From: Anthoceros angustus
Taxonomy: Eukaryota; Plantae; Anthocerotophyta
Length of the DNA: 64,000 nucleotides
Assembly: GCA_010909165.1 (NCBI GenBank)
Contig: VJWM01000063.1
Coordinates: forward strand, 1,736,001 to 1,800,000
Reading direction: 5' to 3'
The position numbers were made by a program, and so were the translations under genes. The notes beneath the pieces were generated by a model. The model had not been told where the DNA came from and did no database searches. It was given only the letters and a program-made list of their open reading frames with translations. Of this stretch, positions 25,151 to 35,743 are shown piece after piece; positions within the stretch are counted from its first letter, which is position 1, and the number at the start of each line of letters is the position of its first letter.

Positions 25151-25869
25151 TTTCACTTGGATTGGTGCACAGTCCACCAAAAAAAAGATGGGTGTGCCTT
25201 GGTCACGGCCGCGCGATTTCCGGTCAAGGGTGGAGATGGCGGGGGCGGCGTGTCCGCGATGGCGACCAGCCGCGCCCCGATCTGCAGGAAGATACGGGCG
25301 CCGTCTCCCGTCTTCACTTCTGCGCGACAAGAGCGGAGGTTCATTATTTCGTGAGTCGTGCCCCAAACGCCTCAAACCCCGCTTAGGATTAACAAAAATG
25401 CCCGCCTTTCGATGTACGGAAACACGACATTCATTACATCGGAAAGACGGAGATGGGCGCCGCGTTCCGCCGTCTCCGGCATGCACCTCGTCGGATGGCG
25501 CATTGTTTAAGGCGGATGGTGGAGATGAGGACATCTTTGCTGCGCCCTTCTAGAAGACGCGTTGTTTATGTTTGAAGTATTCGTGCGGAGGGACCGGGCA
25601 GAGGCCGTGGACAAGAATGCGGCGCGACGCTTGGGAAGACGCGGTCGCATCTTCAGCAGACAGGGCCATGCTGCATGCCGGTGGCGGTCGTGAGCAGTTG
25701 GCGGCCTCGTCTACAAAACATCGTGCGCTCACGGAAGGGGATTCCGACATGACCAAGGACGGCCGTGTTCGCTCGTAGCAATTTGCGGTTTTGTCAAATC
25801 ACTTCCTCCATACATTCACCCAAGCATATATAGTGAATTTGTCCTGCATTTCGAACGAATGGATGGCGG

Positions 25870-27600
25870 AATAACGGATGGATATTGAGTATGAGGTTTT
25901 TGTTCACACATGGCTAGTAGGAGGGTTTTGGGCCAAACTATAAGGCCCAAAAAGGATGGAACATAATGCATAATGTTTTCAATTTTCAAAGGCCAAGGAA
26001 GATAGTGGTACATATAGTACAGAGGACTTGACAACCTTGGCCTTTGGGATATTTGAAAGGAGGAAACATCATGCATGGTGTGTCCATGCCAAAGGCCAAG
26101 GAAGGCGAGAGGCATATACTACAAAGGACATGTCATCCTTGGCATTTGGGATTTGTCACAAACGAAACATCATGCATGTTGTTTCAACCACCAAAGGCCA
26201 AGGAAGTTAGTGCTACATATACGGTAGGCTTGGTCTTCCCATATGTGTGTGTCAATAGTTGGATGGCAGTAGATGTAAAGGTAAAACATCTTTAGGGTTT
26301 AGCGAAGGGACGTTGGCGTGTTAGAGCATGTGCACATATGCATGTAATCCCATATATAGACATAAATATTACATATGTCTTGTTCCTTGGACTTTGGCCT
26401 ATAGTAGGATTGATAGGACATGCTAGCATCCTTGAAAGGTTGGTATATAATATATGGATATATATGTAGGAGAAAGTTGAAAAATAAGCATGCTGCTGCA
26501 CAGGATGTGCTCAGGTTTTTTCTTCCTCTATCCCTTGCAGAAAGGAAATTTTCCATGCATCGTCGATAAAGTTTCTTGGCATATGCCTAAGGATCTTTGT
26601 GCAGGTAGCAATGAAAAAGCTTCTTATTTTTTGTTTCCCTTTTCTATGTATCGCGAAAGGGTTTTCCTTTATATGCATCAATGAAAAGGGTCCTTGCACT
26701 TTGGTACAAGTGACTGATAATGTCTTCGCCTTGGAAAAGAGGTATATTATGTTCTCTATATGCGGGAAAAACCGTATACCGCATGATATGTGAGAAGTTG
26801 TGCTCTCTAGTTTTGCCTTCTTCTATCCTTCGTCGATGGCAAGTTTCCATGCATCATGAACAAAGTTCCTTGGGGCATGGGGAATGAACTTTGTCCATGA
26901 TGCATGCGAAATCGATATTGTTTTTGCCCTTTTCTTCTGGTTTTTTCGCTTGACTTCGGGAAAATGGTCCTTGGCCTTTGGTAGAAGTGAATGGTAATGT
27001 CTTCATCTTAGAACTAAGGTATATTATGTATGTCTATATATGCAAGAATAACACCGTTAACGTGCATGATAGGATAGAAGTTGTGTTGTGGGTTTTCCTT
27101 TTGTGCTTTCGCTTTTTCCATGCATCCGACGAGTTCCTTGGCCTATGGCGAAGGCTTTCAGTGCATTGAAAGTTCCTTTCCATATGTTACCTTTTGTATG
27201 CTTCGTGCATCTTTCCCGACATGTGGGAAAAGGCTCCTTGGCCTTTGGCACATGTGACTATGAATGTATTCGCCGTTGAACCGAGGTATATCATGTATGT
27301 CTCTATATGTGCAGAATAACAACGTAAACCTACATGACATGGGCGAAGTTTTGTTTTGGTTTTGTCCCCTTGTAATCTTCGCCTGTGGCAATTCTTTGAA
27401 TGCATCCTCCAAAAAGCTGTTTGGCCCATGGGGATTGATTTTTTCCCACGATGCGACGGAAATTTTCCTTATGTTTTTTCCCGGTCTGTATGCTTGGCCT
27501 ATGTGTATGCTTGGCCAATGGAATTGTCTCTACATGCATCATCGAAAAGGGTCCTTCGCCTATGGTACAAGACATTGTTCATGACCGGTCTTTGAAACTA
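25870..27600. repeat. Internal repeat array of copy B (inverted units ~25970-26210, direct units ~26520-27600)
   Basis: CCAAAGGCCAAGGAA repeats followed by TTCCTTGGCC(T/C) repeats, homologous to 9100-10560. Confidence 0.75.
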
Positions 27601-27719
27601 GTTATAGCATACAGCTATATATGTAGGAATAACGTGGAAAACAAACATGGTGCTTGCGGTTGGTATACGATTTTCCCTCCGCATCGTGTAAATCATTGGC
27701 CACATGGCGGATGACGTTT

Positions 27720-28350
27720 TGGATGATGCATGCCATTACGTTGTCCTCCATGACGCACTTGTTGTTCTCAAGGTTGTGGAGTCCGAGGCACAAACGCCAA
27801 GGCAGCGGCAAACTCCGTCGCGCGATCCACAACGGCGGGTGAACGCGTTGGAAGCCGCCCGAACTTGCCGTGATGGGCGGAACGAACTGGCCATACCGGG
27901 GAAAGAGCGGCGAGGAAGAATGGCGGGGCGCGAGACAATGCGGCGGGGCGGTAGTGCATAGAACGGGTTTGGCCGCTGCCATCCCGTGTTGTAAGGGCGA
28001 TTGGTGTGGAGGTGATTATGCGTGCGTGGACACCTCCCGGCCTCTACACGGTGTAGGGTGCGGAACAGCGGTGGATGAACACGCCGGAAGTGTGATGGAT
28101 GGGAGGAAGGAGCCGAGTGGTGCGCGTGCTCGGCGATGGCACCGGACGGTGGGCAATCGCTTTTTCCGCAGCGCACATCCTTGGAATGGGCGAGGAGTTT
28201 GCATGTGGCTAGTGGAAACGCCGAGGAGGTGGTGCGGAAGGTCAAGGAGGACTTACAGTGCAGCTTAACGATCACAACACACGAGCGAGAAAGGCGGTTG
28301 TCGTGCAGTGCCGTCTTGCCGAGGAGGTGAAGCTCCGGTGGGACAAAGGG
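27720..28350 (+). pseudogene. RPA70-like OB-fold remnant (copy B, unit 1)
   Basis: LAVMGGTNWPYRGKS (cf. DBD-B VxAxKGxxVxxFxGKS), DYACVD...GCG..V (zinc ribbon), VVRVLGDGTG..F..AHILGM (cf. DBD-C DxTG...FxxxAxxILG) and QLNDHNTRARKAVVV. Confidence 0.55.
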
Positions 28351-29549
28351 AAAAGGAATCGGGGAGGACGGCCCAAGCGGGATGGCCGTTGTGGAAGGGA
28401 AGGCGGAGGAGGAGGCGGGAGTGGCATGGATGATGGGAGGACGTTTCGGTGAGGAGGTGCGGAGGAAGGGGTCTAGCAGACCATTTTGTTTTCTTGCTTT
28501 TTTGCTTGCTATGCGATCACATTATGACCTTGCCATCTTTGCATTAGTGGCAATGGTAGTAGTAGTGGCGGTGGCGCTTGTGGACCGAGACGGTGACCCA
28601 CTATTATATTGGTGGTAGAAACCCCGAAAATGATTCTAAATAGTGATGTGTTAGGCGGTCCAAGATACGCCCATCGCGAGTGTCATGTGAAGAGGAAAGG
28701 GGTTGGCGGTTAAGGACACGAACACAAGGAGGGCCAAAAGGGTTGACAAATCGCTAGTGCACCTAAATGTCATGGTTGCCATGCGGTTAGTCGGCGGGTG
28801 GACGACACCGAGTTCATGATGAGTGGCGAGCGCGCACGAACCGATGCTTGCATGCGAGAAAATTGTCCCGTAAGGCGGCCGCGCCGCGGCAATGGCAACG
28901 GACGCCGCCACGGTGAGCGCCATCCCGCAAGGCCGCGCGGTGGAAAACAACGGCGCAAAAAGGCGCGGTGGCGGGCGGGGAGTAAAGCGAGTCGGCGAAG
29001 GAACTGCTTTCAGTGCATTGAAAGTTCCTTTCCATATGTTACCTTTTGTATGCTTCGTGCATCTTTCCCGACATGTGGGAAAAGGCTCCTTGGCCTTTGG
29101 CACATGTGACTATGAATGTATTCGTTGAACCGAGGTATATCATGTATGTCTCTATATGTGCAGAATAACAACGTAAACCCGCATGACATGGGCGAAGTTT
29201 TGTTTTGGTTTTGTCCTTGTAATCTTCGCTGTGGCAATTCTTTGAATGCATCCTCCAAAAGTTGGCCCATGGGGATTGATTTTCCCACGATGCGCCGGAA
29301 ATTTTCCTTATGTTTTTTCAGTGCTATGGCCTATGTGTATGCTTGGCCAATGGAATTGTCTCTACATGCATCATCGAAAAGGGTCCTTCGCCTATGGTAC
29401 AAGACATTGTTCATGACCTGGTCTTTGAAACTAGTTATAGCATACATATATATGTAGGAATAACGTGGAAAACAAACATGGTGCTTGGGTTGGTATACGA
29501 TTTTCCCTCCGCATCGTGGTAAATCATTGGCCACATGGCGGATGACGTT

Positions 29550-30200
29550 TTGGATGATGCATGCCATTACGTTGTCCTCGCATGACGCACTTGTTCTCAA
29601 GGTTGTGGAGTCCGAGGCACAAACGCCAAGGAACGGCACAAACTCGTCCCCGCCGCGATCCACAACGGTGCGTTTGGGAAGCGCCCGAACTTGCCGTGAT
29701 GGGCGGAACGAATCGGCCATACCGGGGAAAGAGCAGAAGCGACCGAGGAAGAAGAATGGCGGGGCGCGAGACAATGGAAGCGGACGACCGGGTGCATAGA
29801 ACGGTTGGTGGCGGCTGCCATCCCGGTGTTGTAAGGCGATTGGTGTGGAGGTGATTATGCGTGCGTGGACACCTCCCGCCTTCTACACGGGTGTAGGGTG
29901 CGGAACCATGGATGACGAACACGCCGGAAGTGTGAAGGATGGGGAGGGAAGGAGCCGAGGTGTGGTGCGCGTGCTCGGGCTGATGGCGACGACAATGGGC
30001 AATCGCTTTTCACCGCGCACATCCTTGGAATGGAGGCGAGGAGTTTGCCGCTGGTGGCTAGTGGAAACGCCGAGGAGGTGGTGCGGAAGGTCAAGGAGGA
30101 CTTACAGTGCAGCTTAACGATCACAACACACGAGCGAGAAGGCGGTTGTCGTGCAGTGCCGTCTTGCCGAGGAGGTGAAGCTCCGGTGGGACAAAGGGAA
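29550..30200 (+). pseudogene. RPA70-like OB-fold remnant (copy B, unit 2)
   Basis: Duplicate of 27720-28350. Confidence 0.5.
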
Positions 30201-30719
30201 AGGAATCGGGGAGGACGGCCCAAGCGGGATGGCCGTTGTGGAAGGGAAGGCGGAGGAGGAGGCGGGAGTGGCATGGATGATGGGAGGACGTTTCGGTGAG
30301 GAGGTGCGGAGGAAGGGGTCTAGCAGACCATTTTGTTTTCTTGCTTTTTTGCTTGCTATGCGATCACATTATGACCTTGCCATCTTTGCATTAGTGGCAA
30401 TGGTAGTAGTAGTGGCGGTGGCGCTTGTGGACCGAGACGGTGACCCACTATTATATGCAATTGGTAGAAACCCCGAAAATGATTCTAAATAGTGATGTGT
30501 TAGGCGGTCCAAGATACGCCCATCGCGAGTGTCATGTGAAGAGGAAAGGGGTTGGCGGTTAAGGACACGAACACAAGGAGGGCCAAAAGGGTTGACAAAT
30601 CGCTAGTGCACCTAAATGTCATGGTTGCCATGCGGTTAGTCGGCGGGGTGGACGACAATTGAGTTCATGATGAGTGGCGAGCGCGCACGAACCGATGCTT
30701 GCATGCGAGAAAATTGTCC

Positions 30720-32150
30720 CGTAAGGCGGCCTCCCGGCGATGGCGGCGGGGCGCCTCCCCATGGCCATGGCGGCGGGGCGCCTCCCCATGGAGGCGGCAG
30801 GCGCGGTGGAAACAACGGCGCAAAAAGGCGCGGTGGCGGGCGGGGAGTAAAGCGAGTCGGCGAAGGAGGCGGGGAGTGATGGAGAAGGAGACAAGCGCGG
30901 CGGGAAGCGGGCGGCGGGAGGGGAGGAGGCGGACGGCGGCATGGTGCCGCTGGGAGGAGGAGACACTCTTCCTTGGCGGGGCGGCGAGGCGGGGCGGAGG
31001 AGGAGGCGGGGAGGGCAGCCTCCCCATGGCCATGGCGGCGCGGCGAGGCGGCGGGCGGGGAGGCGGAGGCGGGCGGGGCGCCTCCCCATGGAGAAGGAGG
31101 CGGGCGGGCAGGGCTCCCGGCGATGGTGGCGGCGGCGCGGGGCCCAGCGGCGGCGCGGGGAGGGCATGCCTCCCCATGTCCGAGACGGGAGGCGGGGGGA
31201 GCGCCCCGCCTCGGAGGAAAGGGGGCAGCCTCCCGGCGATGGAGGCTGCGGCAGCGGGTGCCCGGCACAGAGCAGGCGGGGAGGGCACTGCCTCCCCATG
31301 GAGAAGGCGGGCGGGGCGGCAGGCGCCTCCCGGCGATGGGCGGCGGCAGTGCAGGGGCCCAGGCGTGGCGCGGGCGGGGAGGGCATGCCTCCCCATGGAG
31401 CATGGAGGCGGGCGGGGAGGCGAGCCGCCTCCGCCTCGAAAGGGGCCGTGGCCTCCCCGATGGAGGCCGCAGCAGCGGGGTGCCCAGCGGGCGCAGCGGG
31501 GAGGGGAGCCGCCTCCCCATGGAGAAGGAGTCGGGGCGGCAGGAGGCGCCTCCCAACGATGGAGGCGGCAGTGCGGGAGGGCACTGCCTCCCCATGGCGG
31601 AGGCGGGGAGGCAGGCGCCCGCCTCCAAGGCAGGGGGCAGGTGGCCTCGCGATGGCGGCAGGCGCGGGGCGGCGGCGGCGGGAGGCGGGCGGGGGAGCCT
31701 GCCTCCCCATGGAGAAGGCGGGCGGGAGGCGGGGCGCCTCCCCATGGAGGCGGCAGCAGTGGGGCCCAGGCGGGGCGCAGCGGGGAGGGCACATGCCTCC
31801 CCATGTCCATGGCGACGGGAGGCGGGGGAGAGTCGCCCGCCTCGGAGGAAAGGGGGTGCCTCCCAGCGATGGAGGCGCAGCGGGTGCCCGGCGGCGCGGC
31901 GGGAGGCACGCCTCCCCATGGAGAAGGAGTGGGAGGCGCAGGCGCCTCCCGGATGGCGGGGGCCAGCGGGCGCGGGGAGGCTCGCCTCCCCATGGCCATG
32001 GAGGCGGGGGGCGTGGAGGGCAGAGCCGCCTCCGCCTCGAGGAAAGGGGCGGCTGGCCTCCCCTCGGCGATGGGCGGCGGTGGCGCGGGAACCCCAGCGG
32101 CGGGCGGGGGGCGCGCCTCCCCATGGTGATGGACGTGGAGGTGGGCTGGA
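30720..32150. repeat. GC-rich hairpin minisatellite (copy B)
   Basis: More than 15 CCTCCCCATG motifs, many preceded by GGGGAGG. Confidence 0.85.
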
Positions 32151-32374
32151 GCGGAGGAGCCAGCGGTGGAGGAGACGTGGGGGAGGGCAGGTTGCCCTCC
32201 CCCACGGCGATGGCGGGGGCAGATGCTGCCACTGCGCAGCGGCAGAGGGAGAGGGAGCGGGAGCATTGCGCATTGGAGGAGGAAGGCAACCCCGCCTTTG
32301 GGGACGACGGGGTCGTTGAGGACGGCGAAGGAGGGGCGATTGCCGCCGAGGCCGAGGCCGAGGGGGGAGGAGGG

Positions 32375-33760
32375 GATGGAGGCAGGCTGCCTCACGCGGC
32401 CGGGCCCGAGCCGGAGGCCGAGCTCGGGCATGGCGGTGGCAGTGCCATGTCCGCCGCCGCCATGCCCGACCCCGAGGTCGGCCATGGTGGCGGGAGGGCG
32501 ATGACTGCCGCCGCCGAGGCCGACGGAGGCTGGCGATGGCGGGATCGAGGCGGGAGGGAGGCGGGAGGGCGAGTCGCCCGCCTCCCCATGGAGGCGGAGG
32601 CGAGCCGCGCGCCGGGCGGCGATCTCAGGAGTGGGGCCAGGCGCCATCCGGTTGAGGAAGGCGTATGGGAGGAATAACCCGTTCCATCGGTGGCGCCATC
32701 TCGGCGTGGGCAGCAGCAGATTAGGCGGAGGCTCGGCGGTGCGGAGGAGGCGGAGGCTGCTGCTGCGCGAGCTCACGGCGGTGGAGGAGATCCGGCGGCA
32801 CCCGTGAGGAGGAGGAGGAGGAGGAGGAGGGGTGGGAGCAACCGGTGTGTGGCGGGGCGGAGGCCATGTCGGAAGAAGATGGAGAGCGGAGTGCGGCTCA
32901 ACCCCAACTCGGAGGGCGAGCACAAGGGGAGGAAGCGCGACTCGTCGGACACGGTCCGGCGGAAGCGCCGCGGCGGTGCCTCGACGCCCAATGCCCGGAC
33001 GCTACCGCCGGAGGCGGACGCGCCACCGATGAGAGCGATGAACGGGAATGCTCGGCCGCCGAGGCCATGGAGGCAGCCTCACGCCGGGCCCGAGCCGGAG
33101 GCCGAGCTCGCATGGCGGTGGCGGCACGTCCGCCGCCATGCCCGACCCCGAGGTCGGCCATGGTGGCGGGAGGGCGATGATCGCCGCCGAGACCGAGGCC
33201 GACGGAGGCCGCGGGCGATGGCGGGATCGAGGGCGGGATGCGGAAGGCGTGGAGGGGCGACGCCGCGGCCGGAGCGGACGAGCCGCCGGCCGGGCGGCGA
33301 TCTCGGGGGAGGAGGAGCGGAGGCTGCTGAGGAAGGCGTATGGGAGGAATAACCGCCATCGGTGGCGCCATCTCGACGTGGAACGGAAGCAGCAGATTAG
33401 GCGGAGGCGGGGCGGAGGCCATGGAGGCGGAGGCGGAGGCGGAGGCGCGCGCGAGCTCACGGGCATGGAGGAGATCCGGCGGCATGTGAGGAGGAGGAGG
33501 AGGAGGAGGAGGAGGGGTGGAGCAACCTGTGACGGTGGCGGAGCGGAGGCCATGTCGGAAGAAGATGGAGAGCGGAGCCCAACCCCAACTCCGCGGAGGG
33601 CGAGCACAAGGGGAGGAAGCGCGACTACGAGGAGCTCGACACCTGTCCGGCGGAAGCGCCGCGGCCAAGGTGCCCGACGCCCAATGCCCGGACGCTACCG
33701 CCGGAGGCGGACGCGCCACCGATGAGAGCGATGAATCATGGAATGCCGACGCCGAGGCCA
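32375..33760. repeat. ~695-bp tandem duplication of a GC-rich module that is single copy in A (~13330-14000)
   Basis: ATGGAGGCAG..CCTCACGC..GGGCCCGAGCCGGAGGCCGAGCTC at ~32375 and ~33068. Confidence 0.8.
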
Positions 33761-34610
33761 TGGAGGGCACAATTAAGGTTCTCCGCAGATGATGAAGCGC
33801 ATGGAGGACGAGGGAAGTAGGCGTCGTCATCCATTGTGCTCGAGTTGCATCACCAATATTAGGTTTTTGCATAGGGGGCCCAAGCATGCGCCTTAGGAAG
33901 GCCGCGGTAGGAGATAGGGTTGGATGCTAGCTGTGCAATTTTGCGATGTGAGCAGTGGACATCCTTTTGTGATCAATGCAATGGCAGCCCTTCGCTGTGA
34001 AATTTGGCTCTTTGCACGCAGCATGAACATTCTTGGCGAGGTTGTTGGGTACAGGGCGGAGGTGGTGGGTCGCCATCCCTCTTCTGCTTCGAGCATCGTG
34101 CTTCTTCTTGTTTGAAAGAGGATCGTGGCTCTCATTGTTTCCGATCGTGGGTTCCTTAAGGAATACACGGTCCCAAAGTCCATAGTGCGAAGGCGAGGAA
34201 CGGCCGTGGGCTGTGCATGGTTCGCAAACCATGGCCGTGCCGCGTGCCGTCATTACTGCGATACCCATGCCGGTAGTGTGTAGGGTTTGACAATCAATGG
34301 AGCGGCCGCGGCACGTTAGGGTTTGGTGGCCATTGGATTCCCTCGAAGAAAACTTAATGGCACAAGGTAGTGCGGAAACATTCGAAAACATAGTGTCCCG
34401 TCTCTTTGTTTTCAAAGGTGAAAGCACTGAAAATTTTTCAAGGACACCCGTTTCGAGGACATTGTGTGTGTCCCCTTTGGTGCTTGGCCGCTCTTGGTTA
34501 GGGCGCCAAAGCGGCCATGTGGCCATGTGCTGTGAAAAAAGAAACCGTACTGGAATGTACGGTATATTCCTCAAGATCCCCACGCCTTGCATGGGTTTCG
34601 CGAAAAAAAA

Positions 34611-34647
34611 AATGTCCCATCCCCTCTGTCCCCTTTGGTATGCCATA
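34611..34647. repeat. Right terminal inverted repeat of copy B
   Basis: Ends CTTTGGTATGCCATA; non-element sequence begins immediately after. Confidence 0.9.
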
Positions 34648-35138
34648 GATCCGAACGAAGTGATTCTCAGTTTCGGACTCAGGAACCCGCTCAGACGAAG
34701 CGTAGTCTACCGCAAAGCGGAGGTAGCCTAGCCGGTGCCGCCGGTGACAGGCAGCTCATGCACGTCGTCTGCGAGGTTCCAGAGGCCGGAGATTTGGAGC
34801 GAGCTGCCGTACTACTCGCTGGGCGCGGTGAAGAAGACGGTGAGGTCCTCCTGAAAGGTCTCGCTGCCCGGGGTGTTGGAGTTGGAGACGTACATCCCCT
34901 GCGCGAAGCCCAGGCGAGGGCTGTCCATATGATGACGCACCCGGTGAGAGGATAATCGAAAAACGGTGCCCTTGCCGAACTGCGAGGCTCTGTTGCCGCC
35001 CTCGAGTACCGATCCGAACACCGGCGTGGAGTCCGTGAAGTGCATCCAGAATCCCACCACGTATTTGGTGGCCGCTGCCTCGCTCGCCCAGAGCAGAAGC
35101 AGCAGCACAGCCAGGCTTAGCCACTCCAGCCCCGCCAT
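34648..35138 (-). pseudogene. Dirigent-family protein, disrupted
   Basis: Signal peptide MAGLEWLSLAVLLLLLWASEAAA, then VVGFWMH, SQFGKGTVFDYPLT, LGFAQGMYV, YGSSLQISG, ELPVTGGTG and LRFAVDYA. It has in-frame TAG codons and indels, and its 3' end abuts the TIR of copy B. Confidence 0.8.
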
Positions 35139-35743
35139 CGCTGCAGACGCGCCAATCTGAACTTGTTGCCTTCGGGGCCTATGAGGTACAGAGACGCATA
35201 CCCACGGTGTATTATGAGGCGACAAAACATCACACTTTCTCCAGAGGAATTTCTAGAACAGAATTGGGTTCCAGGCAAGATGATGTCAGAAAAAGCCTCT
35301 CAGGTCGCCAAGGAACTGACTCGGGACCCGCATTTTGCTTGCCTGGCAACTACAAAATCCTCGCTCAGGAACTCCAAACCTCTACGGTCTTCCGGGCTAC
35401 TTGAATGACTCCTACCGAAGATTGGTTCTAAGACTAGGCTCACACAACTAATAGGGGGACTTGCCAAGTGCACAATATGTAACAAGGGAATATATACGTC
35501 ACTTCACTTTAAATGCTGGTCAGTTATTGGTGTGGCCTTCCCCCAGGCTGACTGTTTCAACCCCTTATGGAGGTTAGGAGCACAGCAAGTTTCTGATTAA
35601 TGATCCAAACTATCTGTAGAAAGCTCAGAGATGACAGTACTGACTAGACGTCCTAGTGCACGAAAGCTATCCTGAGGTTTCAAATTGATGCTTAGTGTAG
35701 CTCTGCCCCCCTAGGACTCCTGAGCAGATGCATAACAAGGAAG

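Larger units (their letters stand above)
27147..30858. repeat. ~1.85-kb tandem duplication (27147-28993, 28994-30858)
   Basis: The two units align end to end, and GGCGAAGG microhomology occurs at 27147, 28994 and 30859. Confidence 0.9.
15065..34647. mobile_element. Giant (19.6 kb) TIR DNA transposon copy B, IS3EU-like termini, multi-gene cargo
   Basis: Left end TATGGCATACCAAAGAGGACGGAGGGACATTTTTT is the imperfect inverse of right end 34611-34647, with the first 15 nt perfect. Flanks are GATCCGtg (15057-15064) and GATCCGaa (34648-34655). Contains an IS3EU-like DDE core. Confidence 0.8.

Noticed and set aside
28100-28300. OTU deubiquitinase (VRVLGDG...)
   Set aside because: No catalytic Cys after DG. 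The DGTG..F..A.ILG motif, the upstream zinc ribbon and the DBD-B-like motif fit RPA70 better.
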